64,000 nt of DNA from Vulcanimicrobiota bacterium (GCA_963812155.1 CAWETW010000003.1:1238544-1302543), one strand, 5' to 3'. Counted from the stretch's first letter, positions 20,621 to 31,339 are shown. Numbers and translations are program-made. Notes: generated by a model from the sequence alone, not told the origin.

Positions 20621-21627
20621 CGGCGCGCATCGGCTTGGACGCGCGTTCGACCGATCAGATGTCAGCCGGCATGAAAGCCTACGCGCGCGAGTTGGCCGGC
20701 CGTTTGCCGGATGTGGCGCCGGAGTTCGCGTTCGTGCGGTTCACGCAAGGTCGCAACTTTGGCTGGGAAGAGCAAGTCGCGCTGCCGCTGGCGATGCGGC
20801 GGGCGCGTCTCGACTTGGTGCATTTCCTCTCGCTGTACGTTCCGTGGGTTGCTCCGGCACCGTCGGTCATCACGATCCACGATCTCATTCACTTGCGCTT
20901 TCCAGAACAGTTCAAGACGAAAGTCGGGCCGTACTACCGCACGGTCGTGCGCCGCGCGTGCGCGCGCGCGAAGCGCGTCATTACCGATGACGAACGTACG
21001 GTCGCCGATCTCGAACGCTTCCTGCACGTCGATCGCGCCAAAGTGCGCGTCGTTCCGCTCGGCGTCGACGACCGCTTTCTGGAACCGGCCGCACCGCACG
21101 CCGGCGCGCGACCGTATCTGCTCTACGTCGGAAATCATCGCACCCATAAGGATTTGCCGACGCTGTTCGAGGCCTGGACGGCGCTCGCACGAGAGGCCGC
21201 GATCGATTTGTACCTTACGGGATCCGACGATTTCGGGGGAGAGCTGCAACGCCGCAGCACGCCGGATCGCGCGATCGTTGCACTCGGGGACGTTTCCATC
21301 GAACGCCTGGCTTCGTATTACGCGGGTGCTACGGCGTTGGTCGCACCAGCGTGGCGTGAGGGTTTCGGCCTGCCGATGCTCGAGGCGATGGCGATGGGCT
21401 GCCCGGTCGTCGCCTCCGCCGAAGCGGTGCCCCGTGTGCTTGCGCCTGCGGCGTGGGCGTTCGCGGCGGGGAATGCGGCGCAATTGAGTGCAACGCTGAA
21501 GGAATTGCTCGCCGACGAGGGCCGGCGCAACCGTTTCGTCAATCTAGGACGGGAGATCGCGCGGTCACTGACGTGGGATCGTTGCGCGCGTACGACCGCC
21601 GGCGTCTATCGAGAGGTGTTGGAGTGA
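20617..21627 (+). CDS. Glycosyltransferase family 4
   Basis: TIHDLIHL, LYVGNHRTHKDL, EGFGLPMLEAMAMGCPV. Confidence 0.92.
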   Translation: MTARIGLDARSTDQMSAGMKAYARELAGRLPDVAPEFAFVRFTQGRNFGWEEQVALPLAMRRARLDLVHFLSLYVPWVAPAPSVITIHDLIHLRFPEQFKTKVGPYYRTVVRRACARAKRVITDDERTVADLERFLHVDRAKVRVVPLGVDDRFLEPAAPHAGARPYLLYVGNHRTHKDLPTLFEAWTALAREAAIDLYLTGSDDFGGELQRRSTPDRAIVALGDVSIERLASYYAGATALVAPAWREGFGLPMLEAMAMGCPVVASAEAVPRVLAPAAWAFAAGNAAQLSATLKELLADEGRRNRFVNLGREIARSLTWDRCARTTAGVYREVLE

Positions 21628-23132
21628 CGGGACCGTTGCGGGTCTTCGCAATCGCGCTCGTCGCGGCGAGTGCCCTGCCGGCGAGCGCTGCCGCGCCTTC
21701 GGCGGCGAAGCATCCGATCGCCATCGCAATCAACGGGAACGCGCTTCCCATCGATCCGCCGCCGCGCTTCGAGAAGAGCGTGCTGTTCGTGCCGGTGAAG
21801 CGTACGCTCGCGGCGATCGGGCTGCCGTTCGTGCGCACCGGAAAAATCGTGACGACGCAGGCCGGCTCCAAAATGATTTCGCTCGAGCTGGGCAGCCGCT
21901 ATGCGAAAGTCGACGGAGCGCGCGTCGAACTCGACGCGCCGCCGTTCGAAGCGGCCGGGACGCTCTACGCTCCGCTTCGGTTTTTCACCGACGCATTGGG
22001 CGCGCAGACGAACTACGACCGCAAAACCCGCACCGTCACGATCGTCGCGCAGCTGATCGGACGCAGCGAGTCGGGATTGGCGGCGACATCTTCGGGATAC
22101 GTCAGGCTCGGCACCGTGGCCGCCGTTGACGTTCTCTCGAACCCGCCGACGCTGACGCTGGGCTACGACACCGGCCCGAAGACGGTTCCGATCGCGCCCA
22201 ATGCGGCCGTCGACATGCAAGACGTCAATGCCGACGTCACGACGCCCGGAGAGCTGGGCGACGTTCGGCCGGGCGACTTCGCACGCCTCGAAATGCGCAA
22301 AGACGGTCGCGTCGAGCGGGTGGTCGACATGTTCGGGTCGCGCAACGGCCGCATCGTCGCGGTGGCCGGTAATCAGTTCGTGCTCGACGACGGCCAGGTC
22401 ATTGCCGCCGGGCGCACGACCGAAGTCGCGTTGAACGGGAAGGCGGCGAGTTTCTCCGACCTGCGTGCGGGCGACACCGTTACCGTGCGATACAACGTCG
22501 AAAGCAACGAAGTGCGCGAGGTGCTGGCCGGCCGTGCCGTCGCAGCCGTGCCGGGCGCAGCCGGCGTGACGGTCACGACCGATGTCACGCGTCCGTTGCG
22601 CGCCGGTGAAACCGTCGCCGTACGACTGCACGGACCGGCCAACGGCGCCGCCACGTTCGACATCGGTTCGTACGTGACGAATCAAGCGATGCACGAAACG
22701 GCCGCGGGCGACTACGCCGGAAGCTACAGGATTCCGCAAGGAGCGAACTTCGCGCAAGCGCCGGTGATCGGCAGGCTCGCAGATCGCAACGCAACGACGC
22801 TCGCAGCACAGGCTCCCCAGCTGCTCTCCGCTTCGAGCGTTCCGCCGGGCGTCGTCGATTTTGCGCCCGACGGCGGGGCGACCGTCAACAACGACCGTCC
22901 GGCCGTGTACGCGACGTTTGCCGCGGACGCCGTGCCGGTCAATCCGTCGAGCGCCACGATTTCGATCAACGGCCACGACGTGACCTCAGACTCGGTGCGC
23001 ACGCCGCAGTTTATCCAGTACGTTCCCGCCTATCCGTATCCGGACGGGCAAGTCCACGTGACCGTGCGCGTCGCCGACCAAGCCGGAAACGCCACGACGA
23101 AATCGTGGACGTTTACGATTCGGACGCATTGA
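21624..23132 (+). CDS. Secreted protein with copper-amine-oxidase N-terminal (stalk) domain and Ig-like C-terminus
   Basis: Signal peptide; INGNALPIDPPP...LYAPLRFFTDALGAQTNYD; C-terminal VRVADQAGNATTKSWTF. Confidence 0.75.
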   Translation: MTGPLRVFAIALVAASALPASAAAPSAAKHPIAIAINGNALPIDPPPRFEKSVLFVPVKRTLAAIGLPFVRTGKIVTTQAGSKMISLELGSRYAKVDGARVELDAPPFEAAGTLYAPLRFFTDALGAQTNYDRKTRTVTIVAQLIGRSESGLAATSSGYVRLGTVAAVDVLSNPPTLTLGYDTGPKTVPIAPNAAVDMQDVNADVTTPGELGDVRPGDFARLEMRKDGRVERVVDMFGSRNGRIVAVAGNQFVLDDGQVIAAGRTTEVALNGKAASFSDLRAGDTVTVRYNVESNEVREVLAGRAVAAVPGAAGVTVTTDVTRPLRAGETVAVRLHGPANGAATFDIGSYVTNQAMHETAAGDYAGSYRIPQGANFAQAPVIGRLADRNATTLAAQAPQLLSASSVPPGVVDFAPDGGATVNNDRPAVYATFAADAVPVNPSSATISINGHDVTSDSVRTPQFIQYVPAYPYPDGQVHVTVRVADQAGNATTKSWTFTIRTH

Positions 23133-23135
23133 GCG

Positions 23136-23495
23136 ATGACGGCGCGACCGGATTCAAACTGCATTTTTTGTAAGATCGTGGCCGGGGAAGTCTCGTCGGC
23201 GATTCTGTATCGCGACGACCGCGTCGTCGCGATCGCCGACCGGAACCCGCAAGCGCCGGTGCATCTGCTCGTGCTGCCGGTCGAACACTACACCGACCTC
23301 GGGGCCGTTACGGCGGCCGGCCGCGACGACGTCGTCGCCGCGTTGATGCGCGTCGCGGCATCGCTGGGAACCGAACGTGGAGGCCCGGGGGGATTCCGCT
23401 TGGTCGTCAATACGGGCGCGGACGGCGGACAGACCGTCGGGCACGCGCACGTTCACGTGCTGGCCGGAAGGGCGATGCACTGGCCGCCGGGCTAG
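23136..23495 (+). CDS. HIT family nucleotide-binding protein
   Basis: CIFCKIVAGE, GGQTVGHAHVHVL, WPPG. Confidence 0.95.
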   Translation: MTARPDSNCIFCKIVAGEVSSAILYRDDRVVAIADRNPQAPVHLLVLPVEHYTDLGAVTAAGRDDVVAALMRVAASLGTERGGPGGFRLVVNTGADGGQTVGHAHVHVLAGRAMHWPPG

Positions 23496-23497
23496 AT

Positions 23498-23526
23498 TTG
23501 ACGCTCGTTCGGCCCTGTGCTAGGGT
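23498..23526 (+). promoter_or_regulatory. sigma70 promoter for rpsU
   Basis: TTGACG-17 nt-TAGGGT with extended TG. Confidence 0.55.
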
Positions 23527-23605
23527 AAAGCGTTGACCCGGGACCGGGTCAAAATTTTTTCGTGCGCCCGCACAGGGCCACGCCGAAAGGGGGGTCGTTT
23601 ATCAG

Positions 23606-23776
23606 ATGGAAGTTCGCGTAGCTCCGGGCGAATCGATCGAGAGCGCGCTGCGCCGCTTTAAAAAGGCCACCCAAAAGGCGGGCATTCTCGCCGAGGCGCG
23701 CAAGCACGAACACTACGAGAAACCCAGCGTGCGCCGGAAGAAAAAGTCGGCCGCGGCACGCAAGCGCCGGACGTAG
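23606..23776 (+). CDS. rpsU: 30S ribosomal protein S21 (not in ORF track)
   Basis: Manual translation [56 protein letters not shown]. Confidence 0.97.
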   Translation: MEVRVAPGESIESALRRFKKATQKAGILAEARKHEHYEKPSVRRKKKSAAARKRRT

Positions 23777-23794
23777 GCGCCGCACTAGCGCTAA

Positions 23795-24253
23795 ATGGGC
23801 ATTCTCAAGGACCGCATCGGCAACGATCTGAAAGCGGCGATGAAGGCGCGCGACCAACTGCGCCTCGATACGCTGCGCTCGGCCCTTTCGGCGTTTACCT
23901 ATAAGCGCTCCGAAGCGGGGCAAGATCTTTCGGACGCCGACGAAATCGATGCGGTCGCGCGGCTGGTCAAGCAGCGCGGCGATTCGCTATCGGAGTTCGA
24001 GCGTGCCGGGCGCCAGGATTTGGCCGAGAAGGAGCGAGCCGAACGCGAGATTCTTCTGGCCTACTTACCGCAGCAAAAATCGGCCGCGGAGATTCGCGAG
24101 ATGGTTCAGAGCGCGATTTCGCAAATCGCGCTCGAGTCGCGCAATCAAGGCGCCCTCATGAAGATCCTCATGCCGGCGCTCAAGGGCTTGGCCGACGGCA
24201 ACCTCGTCCGCCAAATCGTCACCGAAGAGTTAGGTTCGCCCGCCCCCCGTTAG
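23795..24253 (+). CDS. GatB/YqeY domain protein
   Basis: LKAAMKARD, KQRGDSLSEFERAGRQDLAEKE, YLPQQ; follows rpsU. Confidence 0.92.
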   Translation: MGILKDRIGNDLKAAMKARDQLRLDTLRSALSAFTYKRSEAGQDLSDADEIDAVARLVKQRGDSLSEFERAGRQDLAEKERAEREILLAYLPQQKSAAEIREMVQSAISQIALESRNQGALMKILMPALKGLADGNLVRQIVTEELGSPAPR

Positions 24254-24288
24254 CGTAACCATCCGGCGCCGCGCAGGTAGGTAGCGGT

Positions 24289-25599
24289 ATGAAGGTTCAG
24301 CTCCTGCGACGCTGGCTCGCGTACGGTCTCTTGACGTGGGGCGTTTTCGGCATCGCCGCCGCGGCGGCTTCGATGCGGCCGGTCGTCGTGATTCCCATCG
24401 AAGGCACCGTCGACGACGGCATGGCGCACCTCGTGGAACGTTCGGTCGAGCTCGCCAATCGCGAAAACGCCGCCGCAATCGTCCTCGACGTCAACAGTCC
24501 CGGGGGATTGGTCGAAGCCGCATTCGCCATTCGCGATGCACTCTTCTCGGCGAAGGAACCGGTCGTCGCCTACGTCGGGCGCCGCGCCTACTCCGCCGCC
24601 GCACTGATCACGCTCGCGTCCAACCGCATCGTCATGGGACCGGGCGCCTCGATCGGCGCAGCCGAGCCGATTCCTACGACGGTGAAGACGGTGTCGGCGC
24701 TGCGCGGCGAGTTCGAATCGACGGCGTTGCGCAATCACCGATCGGCCGCGGTGGCGGGCGCGATGGTCGACAAAAACGTTGACTTGCCACAGTACAAGCG
24801 GAGCGGCGCGATTCTCACCCTGAATACCGACGACGCGGTGCGCGCGCACGTCGCCGATGCGACCGCGCCGACCCTCGATGCGGCGCTGGCGCAAGAAGGC
24901 CTTGCGGCCAACCCGCGCACGTCGCAGGCATACTCGTGGGGCGAGGAAATCGCCCGCTTTGCGACCAGTCCACAAGTCAGCGCGCTGCTGCTCTCGCTCG
25001 GCATGCTCGGACTGCTGATCGAGATGCAGACCCTTCACGGCATCGCAGGAGCGATCGGCGTCGGCGCGCTAGCATTGTTTTTCGGCACGCACGTCTACGC
25101 CGGATTCTCCAACGGCGTCGTGCTCGTGCTGGCCATCGTCGGCATCCTCGGCATTCTCTGGGAGCTGCACGTCGTTCCGGGCCATGGGTTACCGGGCGTT
25201 CTCGGTGCGATCTGTTTGCTGCTGGCGATCCTGTTTGCGTTCGGCCTGCCGTTTTTCTTCGTCGCCATCGAGACGCTCGCGACGGCCATCGTGCTCACGG
25301 TAATCTGCTTTACGTTAGTGGTTCGCGCCATGCCGGAGAATGCGTGGGCCCACCGGCTGGCGCTGGGCGCGGCGCAGGGTCCGGACTACGTCGCCAGCGG
25401 AGACTTGACGTCGTTTCTCGGACGATCCGGCACGGCGGCGTCGTTCTTGCGCCCGGCGGGCATCGCGGCCATCGACGGACGGCGCGTCGACGTGCTGACG
25501 GAGGGCGAGTTCATCGCCCAGGGAACACCGGTTCGCGTCGTCCGCGTCGAGGGCGCGCGCGTCTTCGTCGAATCCGTTACTCTCCCGAGTTATCAGTGA
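24289..25599 (+). CDS. NfeD family membrane serine protease
   Basis: [27 protein letters not shown] bundle, C-terminal OB fold LRPAG...VDVLTEG. Confidence 0.9.
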   Translation: MKVQLLRRWLAYGLLTWGVFGIAAAAASMRPVVVIPIEGTVDDGMAHLVERSVELANRENAAAIVLDVNSPGGLVEAAFAIRDALFSAKEPVVAYVGRRAYSAAALITLASNRIVMGPGASIGAAEPIPTTVKTVSALRGEFESTALRNHRSAAVAGAMVDKNVDLPQYKRSGAILTLNTDDAVRAHVADATAPTLDAALAQEGLAANPRTSQAYSWGEEIARFATSPQVSALLLSLGMLGLLIEMQTLHGIAGAIGVGALALFFGTHVYAGFSNGVVLVLAIVGILGILWELHVVPGHGLPGVLGAICLLLAILFAFGLPFFFVAIETLATAIVLTVICFTLVVRAMPENAWAHRLALGAAQGPDYVASGDLTSFLGRSGTAASFLRPAGIAAIDGRRVDVLTEGEFIAQGTPVRVVRVEGARVFVESVTLPSYQ

Positions 25600-25606
25600 G
25601 GTAGTT

Positions 25607-26617
25607 TTGGTGGCTGTAGTCAGTGCGGCGATCATCATCGTCGTCGCGGTCGTTCTGTTCTTCACGTTCATGTACTACTTTCCGGTGGGGCTGTGGATCC
25701 GCACGATTGCGGCAGGCGTCCCGCTCGGAATCATCGCCCTGGTGCGGATGCGGCTCATCGGGATTCCGCCGAGCGTCATCGTCACCAACTACGTGCGCGC
25801 GCGCAAAGCCGGCTTAGACCTCACGGTCGATCAAATGCAGTCGCACTACCTCGCCGGCGGCAACGTAGAGAACGTCACGCTTGCGATGATCGCGGCGCAG
25901 CGCGCGCAAATTCCGCTCGTGTGGCAACGCGCGGCGGCAATCGATCTTGCCGGCCGTAACGTGCTCGAGGCATTGCAGACATCGGTCAATCCGAAGGTCA
26001 TCGAAACGCCAATCTTCCAAGGCGTCGCACAAAACGGCATCCAGCTGAACGTCAAAGCCCGGATCACGGTGCGCAGCGATCTCGACCGCTACGTCGGCGG
26101 CGCCGGCGAGCCGACGATCGTGGCGCGCGTCGGTGAAGGCGTGGTCTCGGCCGTCGGCGCGGCCATCGACCATAAGGAAGTCTTAGAGTATCCCGATCGC
26201 ATCAGCAAGGCGGTGCTCGCCAAAGGGCTAGATGCGGGCACGGCGTTCGAGATCGTGTCTATCGACATCGCCGACGTGGACGTTGGAAAGAACATCGGCG
26301 CCGAACTGCAAACCAGTCAGGCCGAAGCCGACCGCCGCATCGCGCAGGCCAAGGCGGCAGAACGGCAATACGCGGCACTCGCGGCGGAGCAAGAACAGAA
26401 GGCCGAAACGCAGGCGATGCGCGCGAAAGTCGTAGAAGCCGAGGCCTCGATCCCGCAAGCAATCGCCGAAGCGTTTCGCAGCGGTCACTTAGGCGTCATG
26501 GACTACTACCGCCTGAGGAACATTCAAGCCGACACCGAGATGCGCTCGTCGATCGGAGGAAGCGCCGAAGGCCCGAACGACCAATCGCAGACGCCTCCAC
26601 CGCCCGTCAAGCCGTAG
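25607..26617 (+). CDS. floA: Flotillin-like protein FloA (YqfA)
   Basis: [50 protein letters not shown]. Confidence 0.95.
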   Translation: MVAVVSAAIIIVVAVVLFFTFMYYFPVGLWIRTIAAGVPLGIIALVRMRLIGIPPSVIVTNYVRARKAGLDLTVDQMQSHYLAGGNVENVTLAMIAAQRAQIPLVWQRAAAIDLAGRNVLEALQTSVNPKVIETPIFQGVAQNGIQLNVKARITVRSDLDRYVGGAGEPTIVARVGEGVVSAVGAAIDHKEVLEYPDRISKAVLAKGLDAGTAFEIVSIDIADVDVGKNIGAELQTSQAEADRRIAQAKAAERQYAALAAEQEQKAETQAMRAKVVEAEASIPQAIAEAFRSGHLGVMDYYRLRNIQADTEMRSSIGGSAEGPNDQSQTPPPPVKP

Positions 26618-26632
26618 ACTCTTAGGGGCAGC

Positions 26633-27037
26633 GTGCACGACGTCGGTACGTTCGTTTGGGTGGTGCTGGTGGTGATCGGCGTCGTTTCGAGCATCGTCTC
26701 GAACGCGCGAAAGCGCGTCGGCCCCCCAGCGGGCCCGGCGGCGTCGCAGGGAACCCCGCCGTACGTGGTCTCGCCGCAGGCAATGCCGCCGCAGCGAATG
26801 CCGCCCGGCGCGCCGCCGCCCGCGGTTGGCGCGGCGCCGCCGGCCGCACCCCGGCGGGTCGTTCCCGCCCGACCGCCGTCACCGCCGGCCCCGCCGCCGG
26901 CCGCCGACCACACCTTGGACGTGTTCCGGCCGGCACACCGGCGCGGTCCGCGCGTCTTTGGGGGCCGCGGCGCCCTGGTGCGCGCTGTGATCGGCGCCGA
27001 GGTGCTAGGCAAGCCGGTGGCCCTGCGCGACGAGTAG
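26633..27037 (+). CDS. Hypothetical membrane-anchored Pro-rich protein (YqfB position)
   Basis: N-terminal TM helix; C-terminal LVRAVIGAEVLGKPVALR; follows floA. Confidence 0.7.
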   Translation: MHDVGTFVWVVLVVIGVVSSIVSNARKRVGPPAGPAASQGTPPYVVSPQAMPPQRMPPGAPPPAVGAAPPAAPRRVVPARPPSPPAPPPAADHTLDVFRPAHRRGPRVFGGRGALVRAVIGAEVLGKPVALRDE

Positions 27038-27098
27038 GGAAGGCTCTTCGGCCGCCGCGAGGTACGGGCGCCGTCTCAGCGAGAATCCTGCGGAGGCA

Positions 27099-28046
27099 TT
27101 GAGCGGGCCACAGGAACGGGCGGTCGACCTTCACGCGCTGGGCGAGCGCGTCCGCCTCTTCGGAGAGTACGACCGGAACCTGTCGGCGATCGAATCGCTG
27201 GGCGTGGCCGTTCGGGCCGACGGCGACCGGTTGTTGCTGAGCGGCGAGCCGGCTGCGGTCGACCGGGCCGAACGCGTCGTTCGCCGCATCCTCGACGCGG
27301 CCGTCGGCGGTGCCCACGTCACGCCCGACGACGTCGCGCTGGCGGCATCCGACGTGCGCGCTCAAAATGGAGCGCCGCTGCCCAAGACGCTGTTGCGAAC
27401 GCAGCGCGGACGCGAAGTTCGTCCGCGTACGGCCGGACAGCGCGCTCTCGTGGAATCGATCGAACAGCACACGCTGACGATCGGCATCGGTCCGGCGGGA
27501 ACCGGCAAGACCTATCTGGCTATCGCCATGGCAATTCGCGCGCTGAAAAACCGCGAGGTTGCGCGCGTCGTGCTCTCTCGGCCCGCCGTCGAAGCAGGCG
27601 AGAGCCTTGGTTTTCTACCCGGCGACGTGCGCGAGAAAGTGGATCCGTACATGCGGCCGCTCTTCGATGCGCTCAACGAGCTGCTCGACGACGGCGTCAT
27701 GACGCGGTACGTGGATCGCGGTACGCTGGAGATCGCTCCGCTCGCGTACATGCGCGGCCGGACGCTCTCAGAGGCGTTCGCGATACTCGACGAAGCCCAA
27801 AACGCGACCGCGGACCAGCTGAAGATGTTCCTCACGCGGCTCGGACCGGCATCGAAGATGGTCGTCATCGGCGACGAAACGCAGGTCGACTTGCCGATCG
27901 GCGGGCGCAGCGGATTGCGCGACGCTGCGACGCGCTTGCGGGGTGTCGATGCGGTCGGCGTCGTCGAGCTCGACGAGAGCGACGTCGTGCGGCATTCGCT
28001 GGTTGCGCGAATCATTCGCGCGTACGCGCGTGCCGCCGGAACGTGA
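27099..28046 (+). CDS. phoH: PhoH family ATPase
   Basis: GPAGTGKT, RPAVEAGESLGFLPGD, APLAYMRGRTL, DEAQN. Confidence 0.95.
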   Translation: MSGPQERAVDLHALGERVRLFGEYDRNLSAIESLGVAVRADGDRLLLSGEPAAVDRAERVVRRILDAAVGGAHVTPDDVALAASDVRAQNGAPLPKTLLRTQRGREVRPRTAGQRALVESIEQHTLTIGIGPAGTGKTYLAIAMAIRALKNREVARVVLSRPAVEAGESLGFLPGDVREKVDPYMRPLFDALNELLDDGVMTRYVDRGTLEIAPLAYMRGRTLSEAFAILDEAQNATADQLKMFLTRLGPASKMVVIGDETQVDLPIGGRSGLRDAATRLRGVDAVGVVELDESDVVRHSLVARIIRAYARAAGT

Positions 28047-28495
28047 TCCACTATCGCAATGCGGCGCGCGCGAGAGACGTCGATTCGCGCGCGCTCGTCG
28101 CCGCAGCGAAACGATTGCTGGCCGCCGTCGATGAAGCGGATGCGGCGCTTTCGTTGAGCATCGTCAGCGACGCCGCCATGCGCGTCATCAACCGCGATCA
28201 TCGCGGCAAGGACCGCACCACCGACGTGCTGAGTTTTGCGCTCGACGGGGAGACGCCGCGCGGCACGACGCGCCGGCAGAACCCGGAGCGCCTGCTCGGC
28301 GACGTGGTCATCTCGGTCGAAACCGCGCGGCGCCAAGCCGCCGATTACGACGCCACGCTGCAAGAGGAGCTCTACCGGTTGCTGATACACGGACTGCTGC
28401 ACGTGCTCGGCCACGATCACATGCGACCGGACGAGCGACGGGTCATGCAGGGCGAAGAGCGGCGCCTCGCCGGCGCGCTGGGTCTGGAGACGTAA
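28043..28495 (+). CDS. ybeY: rRNA maturation endonuclease YbeY
   Basis: TDVLSF, LGDVVIS, HGLLHVLGHDH. Confidence 0.95.
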   Translation: MIHYRNAARARDVDSRALVAAAKRLLAAVDEADAALSLSIVSDAAMRVINRDHRGKDRTTDVLSFALDGETPRGTTRRQNPERLLGDVVISVETARRQAADYDATLQEELYRLLIHGLLHVLGHDHMRPDERRVMQGEERRLAGALGLET

Positions 28496-28500
28496 CGGTC

Positions 28501-29265
28501 GTGGCACGCCCAGCCGACGAACGCAGCAAGGAGGAGCCGCATTTCGCGCCGATCGCCGACAGCAAACTCTTACGTTCGTTCCACCACGCGTTCGAAGGAA
28601 TCATGTATGCCACGCGCACCCAGCCGAACATGCGCGTGCACCTCGTCATCGCAGCGCTGGTCCTCGGCGCGACGCTGGTCCTGCGCTTGGAACGCTTCTA
28701 TGTCGTGTCGACGGTGGTGCTGGTTGCGCTCGTCCTCAGCCTCGAGCTTCTGAACACGGCCGTCGAAGCAATCGTGGATCTGCTCACCGTCGCGCATCAT
28801 CCGTTGGCGAAGACCGCCAAGGATGCCGCGGCGGGGGCCGTGTTGATTGGCGCCGTCGGTGCTGCGATCGCCGGCTACTTGATCTTCTATCAGGGCATTA
28901 TAAGCGGCGGCGAGCGCGTGTTCGCGGCGGTCCAGCAGGTGCCGGCGAATCTCGCGCTGATCACGCTGGCAATCGTCGCGATCGCCACGATCTTCGCCAA
29001 GGCGTGGGTCGGACGTGGATCGCCGCTGCAAGGCGGCGCGGTCTCCGGCCACGCGGCCGTTGCCTTCGCGGCGGCGACGATGCTCGCGTTTTTCTACCAA
29101 AAGCCGCTAGGCGCCATCTTGGCGTACATCGTCGCATTCCTGGTCGCCCAAAGCCGCGTCGAAGCGCGCATTCACAACGCCTTGGAGGTCTTCTGGGGAG
29201 CGGCGCTCGGCACGCTCGTCGCCCTCGCAATCTACGTCTTGGTGCGCCCCCACGTTGTGCTATAA
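28501..29265 (+). CDS. dgkA: Diacylglycerol/undecaprenol kinase DgkA fused to a PAP2-like domain
   Basis: SFHHAFEG, ELLNTAVEAIVDL, AKDAAAGAV, then GGAVSGHAA and QSRVEARIH. Confidence 0.85.
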   Translation: MARPADERSKEEPHFAPIADSKLLRSFHHAFEGIMYATRTQPNMRVHLVIAALVLGATLVLRLERFYVVSTVVLVALVLSLELLNTAVEAIVDLLTVAHHPLAKTAKDAAAGAVLIGAVGAAIAGYLIFYQGIISGGERVFAAVQQVPANLALITLAIVAIATIFAKAWVGRGSPLQGGAVSGHAAVAFAAATMLAFFYQKPLGAILAYIVAFLVAQSRVEARIHNALEVFWGAALGTLVALAIYVLVRPHVVL

Positions 29266-29266
29266 T
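29258..29266 (+). promoter_or_regulatory. Extended -10 internal promoter
   Basis: TGcTATAAT 20 nt upstream of the CNNM gene, followed by SD GAGGA. Confidence 0.55.
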
Positions 29267-29286
29267 GGCGCCGATTTGAGGAAGCC

Positions 29287-30621
29287 TTGACCGATCCGTC
29301 GCGAAGTAGTTCTCTCATCTATACGCTGCACGTCCTCGTTCTCGTGGCTCTCGTGGTGCTGGCGGCGTTCTTCGCGGCATCCGAAGCAGCGCTCGTCTCG
29401 ATCTCGCGCTTGCGGGCTCGAGCGATGACCGAGCGCCGCGTCAAGGGCTCCGCGCGCGTGCTCGAGATGGTCGAGGAGAAGAATCGCTATCTCACGTCCA
29501 TCCTCGTGGGTAACACGATCGTGCTGCTCGCGTCCGATTCCCTGGCCACCTACGTCGCCATCGAACTCGGTCTCCCGGCAGCGGCGGTCTTTTCGACGGT
29601 CGTGATGACGGTCGTGCTGCTGCTCTTCGGCGAGATTATTCCAAAGCTCGTGGCAACGGCCGACGGCGAACGCTGGGCACTCCGGCTGGCGGCCCCGATG
29701 CGCGTCGCTTCCTACATCCTCACGCCGATCGCCAAAGCTTTTCAGTTCGTGACCGAGTTGCTGTTGCGCCCGTTCGGGATCAAGCACGCTCGCCAGATTT
29801 ACGTGACCGAGGAGGATATCCGCACGCTGGTAAACGTCGGCGCGGAACAGCGGGTCATCGAAGAAGAAGAGCGCGAGCTGATCCACTCCGTCATGGAGTT
29901 CGGCGATACGATCGTTCGCGAAGTCATGAAACCGCGTCCCGAGATGATTGCGGTGTCGGTCGACGATTCGCCACGCCGCGCCCTCGACACCGTCATCTCC
30001 GAGGGGTACTCGAAACTGCCGGCGTACCAAGAATCGAAAGACGACGTGGTCGGCGTCGTGCACGACCGCGAGTTATTGGTGGCGCTCGCCAACGGATCGC
30101 TCGCGCACACGTCGCTGCGCTCGTTGATGCGGCCTGCGGTGCACGTACCCGAAAGTAAGAAGATCGCCGAACTGCTGCGCGAGATGCAGCGCGACAAATT
30201 CTCGATGGCGATCGTCGTCGACGAATACGGCGGCACGGCCGGATTGGTAACGATGGAAGATCTCCTCGAGGAAATCGTGGGAGAAATTCGGGACGAGCAC
30301 GACGAGGACGAGCAAGAACCCATCCATGTGGTATCCGATACCGAAGCCGTCGTCGACGCGGGCACGAACATCGACGACGTCAACGCCCGGCTGGAGACGC
30401 GCATCCCGAGCGAAGATTTCGAAACGATCGGCGGCTACACGGTCGGACTCTTCGGGCGCTTGCCGGCCGAGGGTGAAGAAATCGACGCCGATCCGCATAC
30501 GCGGCTGAAGGTCGAGCGGACGCGCGGCCGGCGCATCCTTTCCGTACGCATCTTCACCAACGGTACGCCGGCCGAGGAGTGGGACTCCGAGGAGGCCCCC
30601 GACGAACGCTCGCGCGTATAA
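29287..30621 (+). CDS. Hemolysin/CNNM (DUF21-CBS-CorC) family protein
   Basis: FFAASEAAL, FGEIIPK, VVDEYGGTAGLVTMEDLLEEIVGEIRDEHD, ETIGG. Confidence 0.93.
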   Translation: MTDPSRSSSLIYTLHVLVLVALVVLAAFFAASEAALVSISRLRARAMTERRVKGSARVLEMVEEKNRYLTSILVGNTIVLLASDSLATYVAIELGLPAAAVFSTVVMTVVLLLFGEIIPKLVATADGERWALRLAAPMRVASYILTPIAKAFQFVTELLLRPFGIKHARQIYVTEEDIRTLVNVGAEQRVIEEEERELIHSVMEFGDTIVREVMKPRPEMIAVSVDDSPRRALDTVISEGYSKLPAYQESKDDVVGVVHDRELLVALANGSLAHTSLRSLMRPAVHVPESKKIAELLREMQRDKFSMAIVVDEYGGTAGLVTMEDLLEEIVGEIRDEHDEDEQEPIHVVSDTEAVVDAGTNIDDVNARLETRIPSEDFETIGGYTVGLFGRLPAEGEEIDADPHTRLKVERTRGRRILSVRIFTNGTPAEEWDSEEAPDERSRV

Positions 30622-31339
30622 GACGCGCGGTGTCGTGCTGCGCGGCCGGCAGCTCGGCGAAGCAGACCGCATCTACACGCTCTTCACCACGGAGCGCGGC
30701 AAGCTCGACGCGGTCGCCAAAGGCGTGCGCCGCGCGAAAAGCCACTTCGCCGGCCGGCTGGAGTTCGGCAACGAGTGCGAATTCGGCATGCATCGCGGGC
30801 GCACGCTCGACGTCATCGTATCGGCCGACATCGTCCGAGCGCCGTGGTCGCGCCTGGTTGAGCCCGAACGTTTTGCGGCGGCGTCGGCGACTGCCGAACT
30901 GGTCGAGGGGTTCTGCGAGCCGGATCTCGCGCTGCCCGAGATCTACGAGTTGCTCACCGGAATGATCGCCGCGGTCGAGACGTCGGCGCGGCCCGCAGAG
31001 CTGCTGCCGCGCTTCTCGGCGCGTTTACTGGATCTGCTGGGATTGGCACCGCCGCCGGACGCGTGCGTGCGCTGCGGGCAAGCTCTCGCACCCGAGATCG
31101 CGTGGATCGACGCGGAGGCCGGCGGTTTGATCGACGATCGCTGCCGCGAGCGCTGGCGCGATCTTCCGGAACTCGACGCGCGCGATCGCGTGAACTTTCG
31201 GGCCCTGTGGATGCCCAAAGGCGGCGCGGCGACCGCGCGCGCGACGCCGCGCGTGGCACGCGCCGTCGACGAACTGTTGGCGCACCATCTGGGACGGCGC
31301 CCGCGAGCCGGGGCGCACTTGGCTGAGTTCGCGCGCTAA
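30602..31339 (+). CDS. recO: DNA repair protein RecO (probable ACG start)
   Basis: AYKTRGVVLRGRQLGEADRIYTLFT...AVAKGVRR, CVRCG Zn site; SD GAGGAGG 6 nt before ACG 30602. Confidence 0.88.
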   Translation, partial: TNARAYKTRGVVLRGRQLGEADRIYTLFTTERGKLDAVAKGVRRAKSHFAGRLEFGNECEFGMHRGRTLDVIVSADIVRAPWSRLVEPERFAAASATAELVEGFCEPDLALPEIYELLTGMIAAVETSARPAELLPRFSARLLDLLGLAPPPDACVRCGQALAPEIAWIDAEAGGLIDDRCRERWRDLPELDARDRVNFRALWMPKGGAATARATPRVARAVDELLAHHLGRRPRAGAHLAEFAR

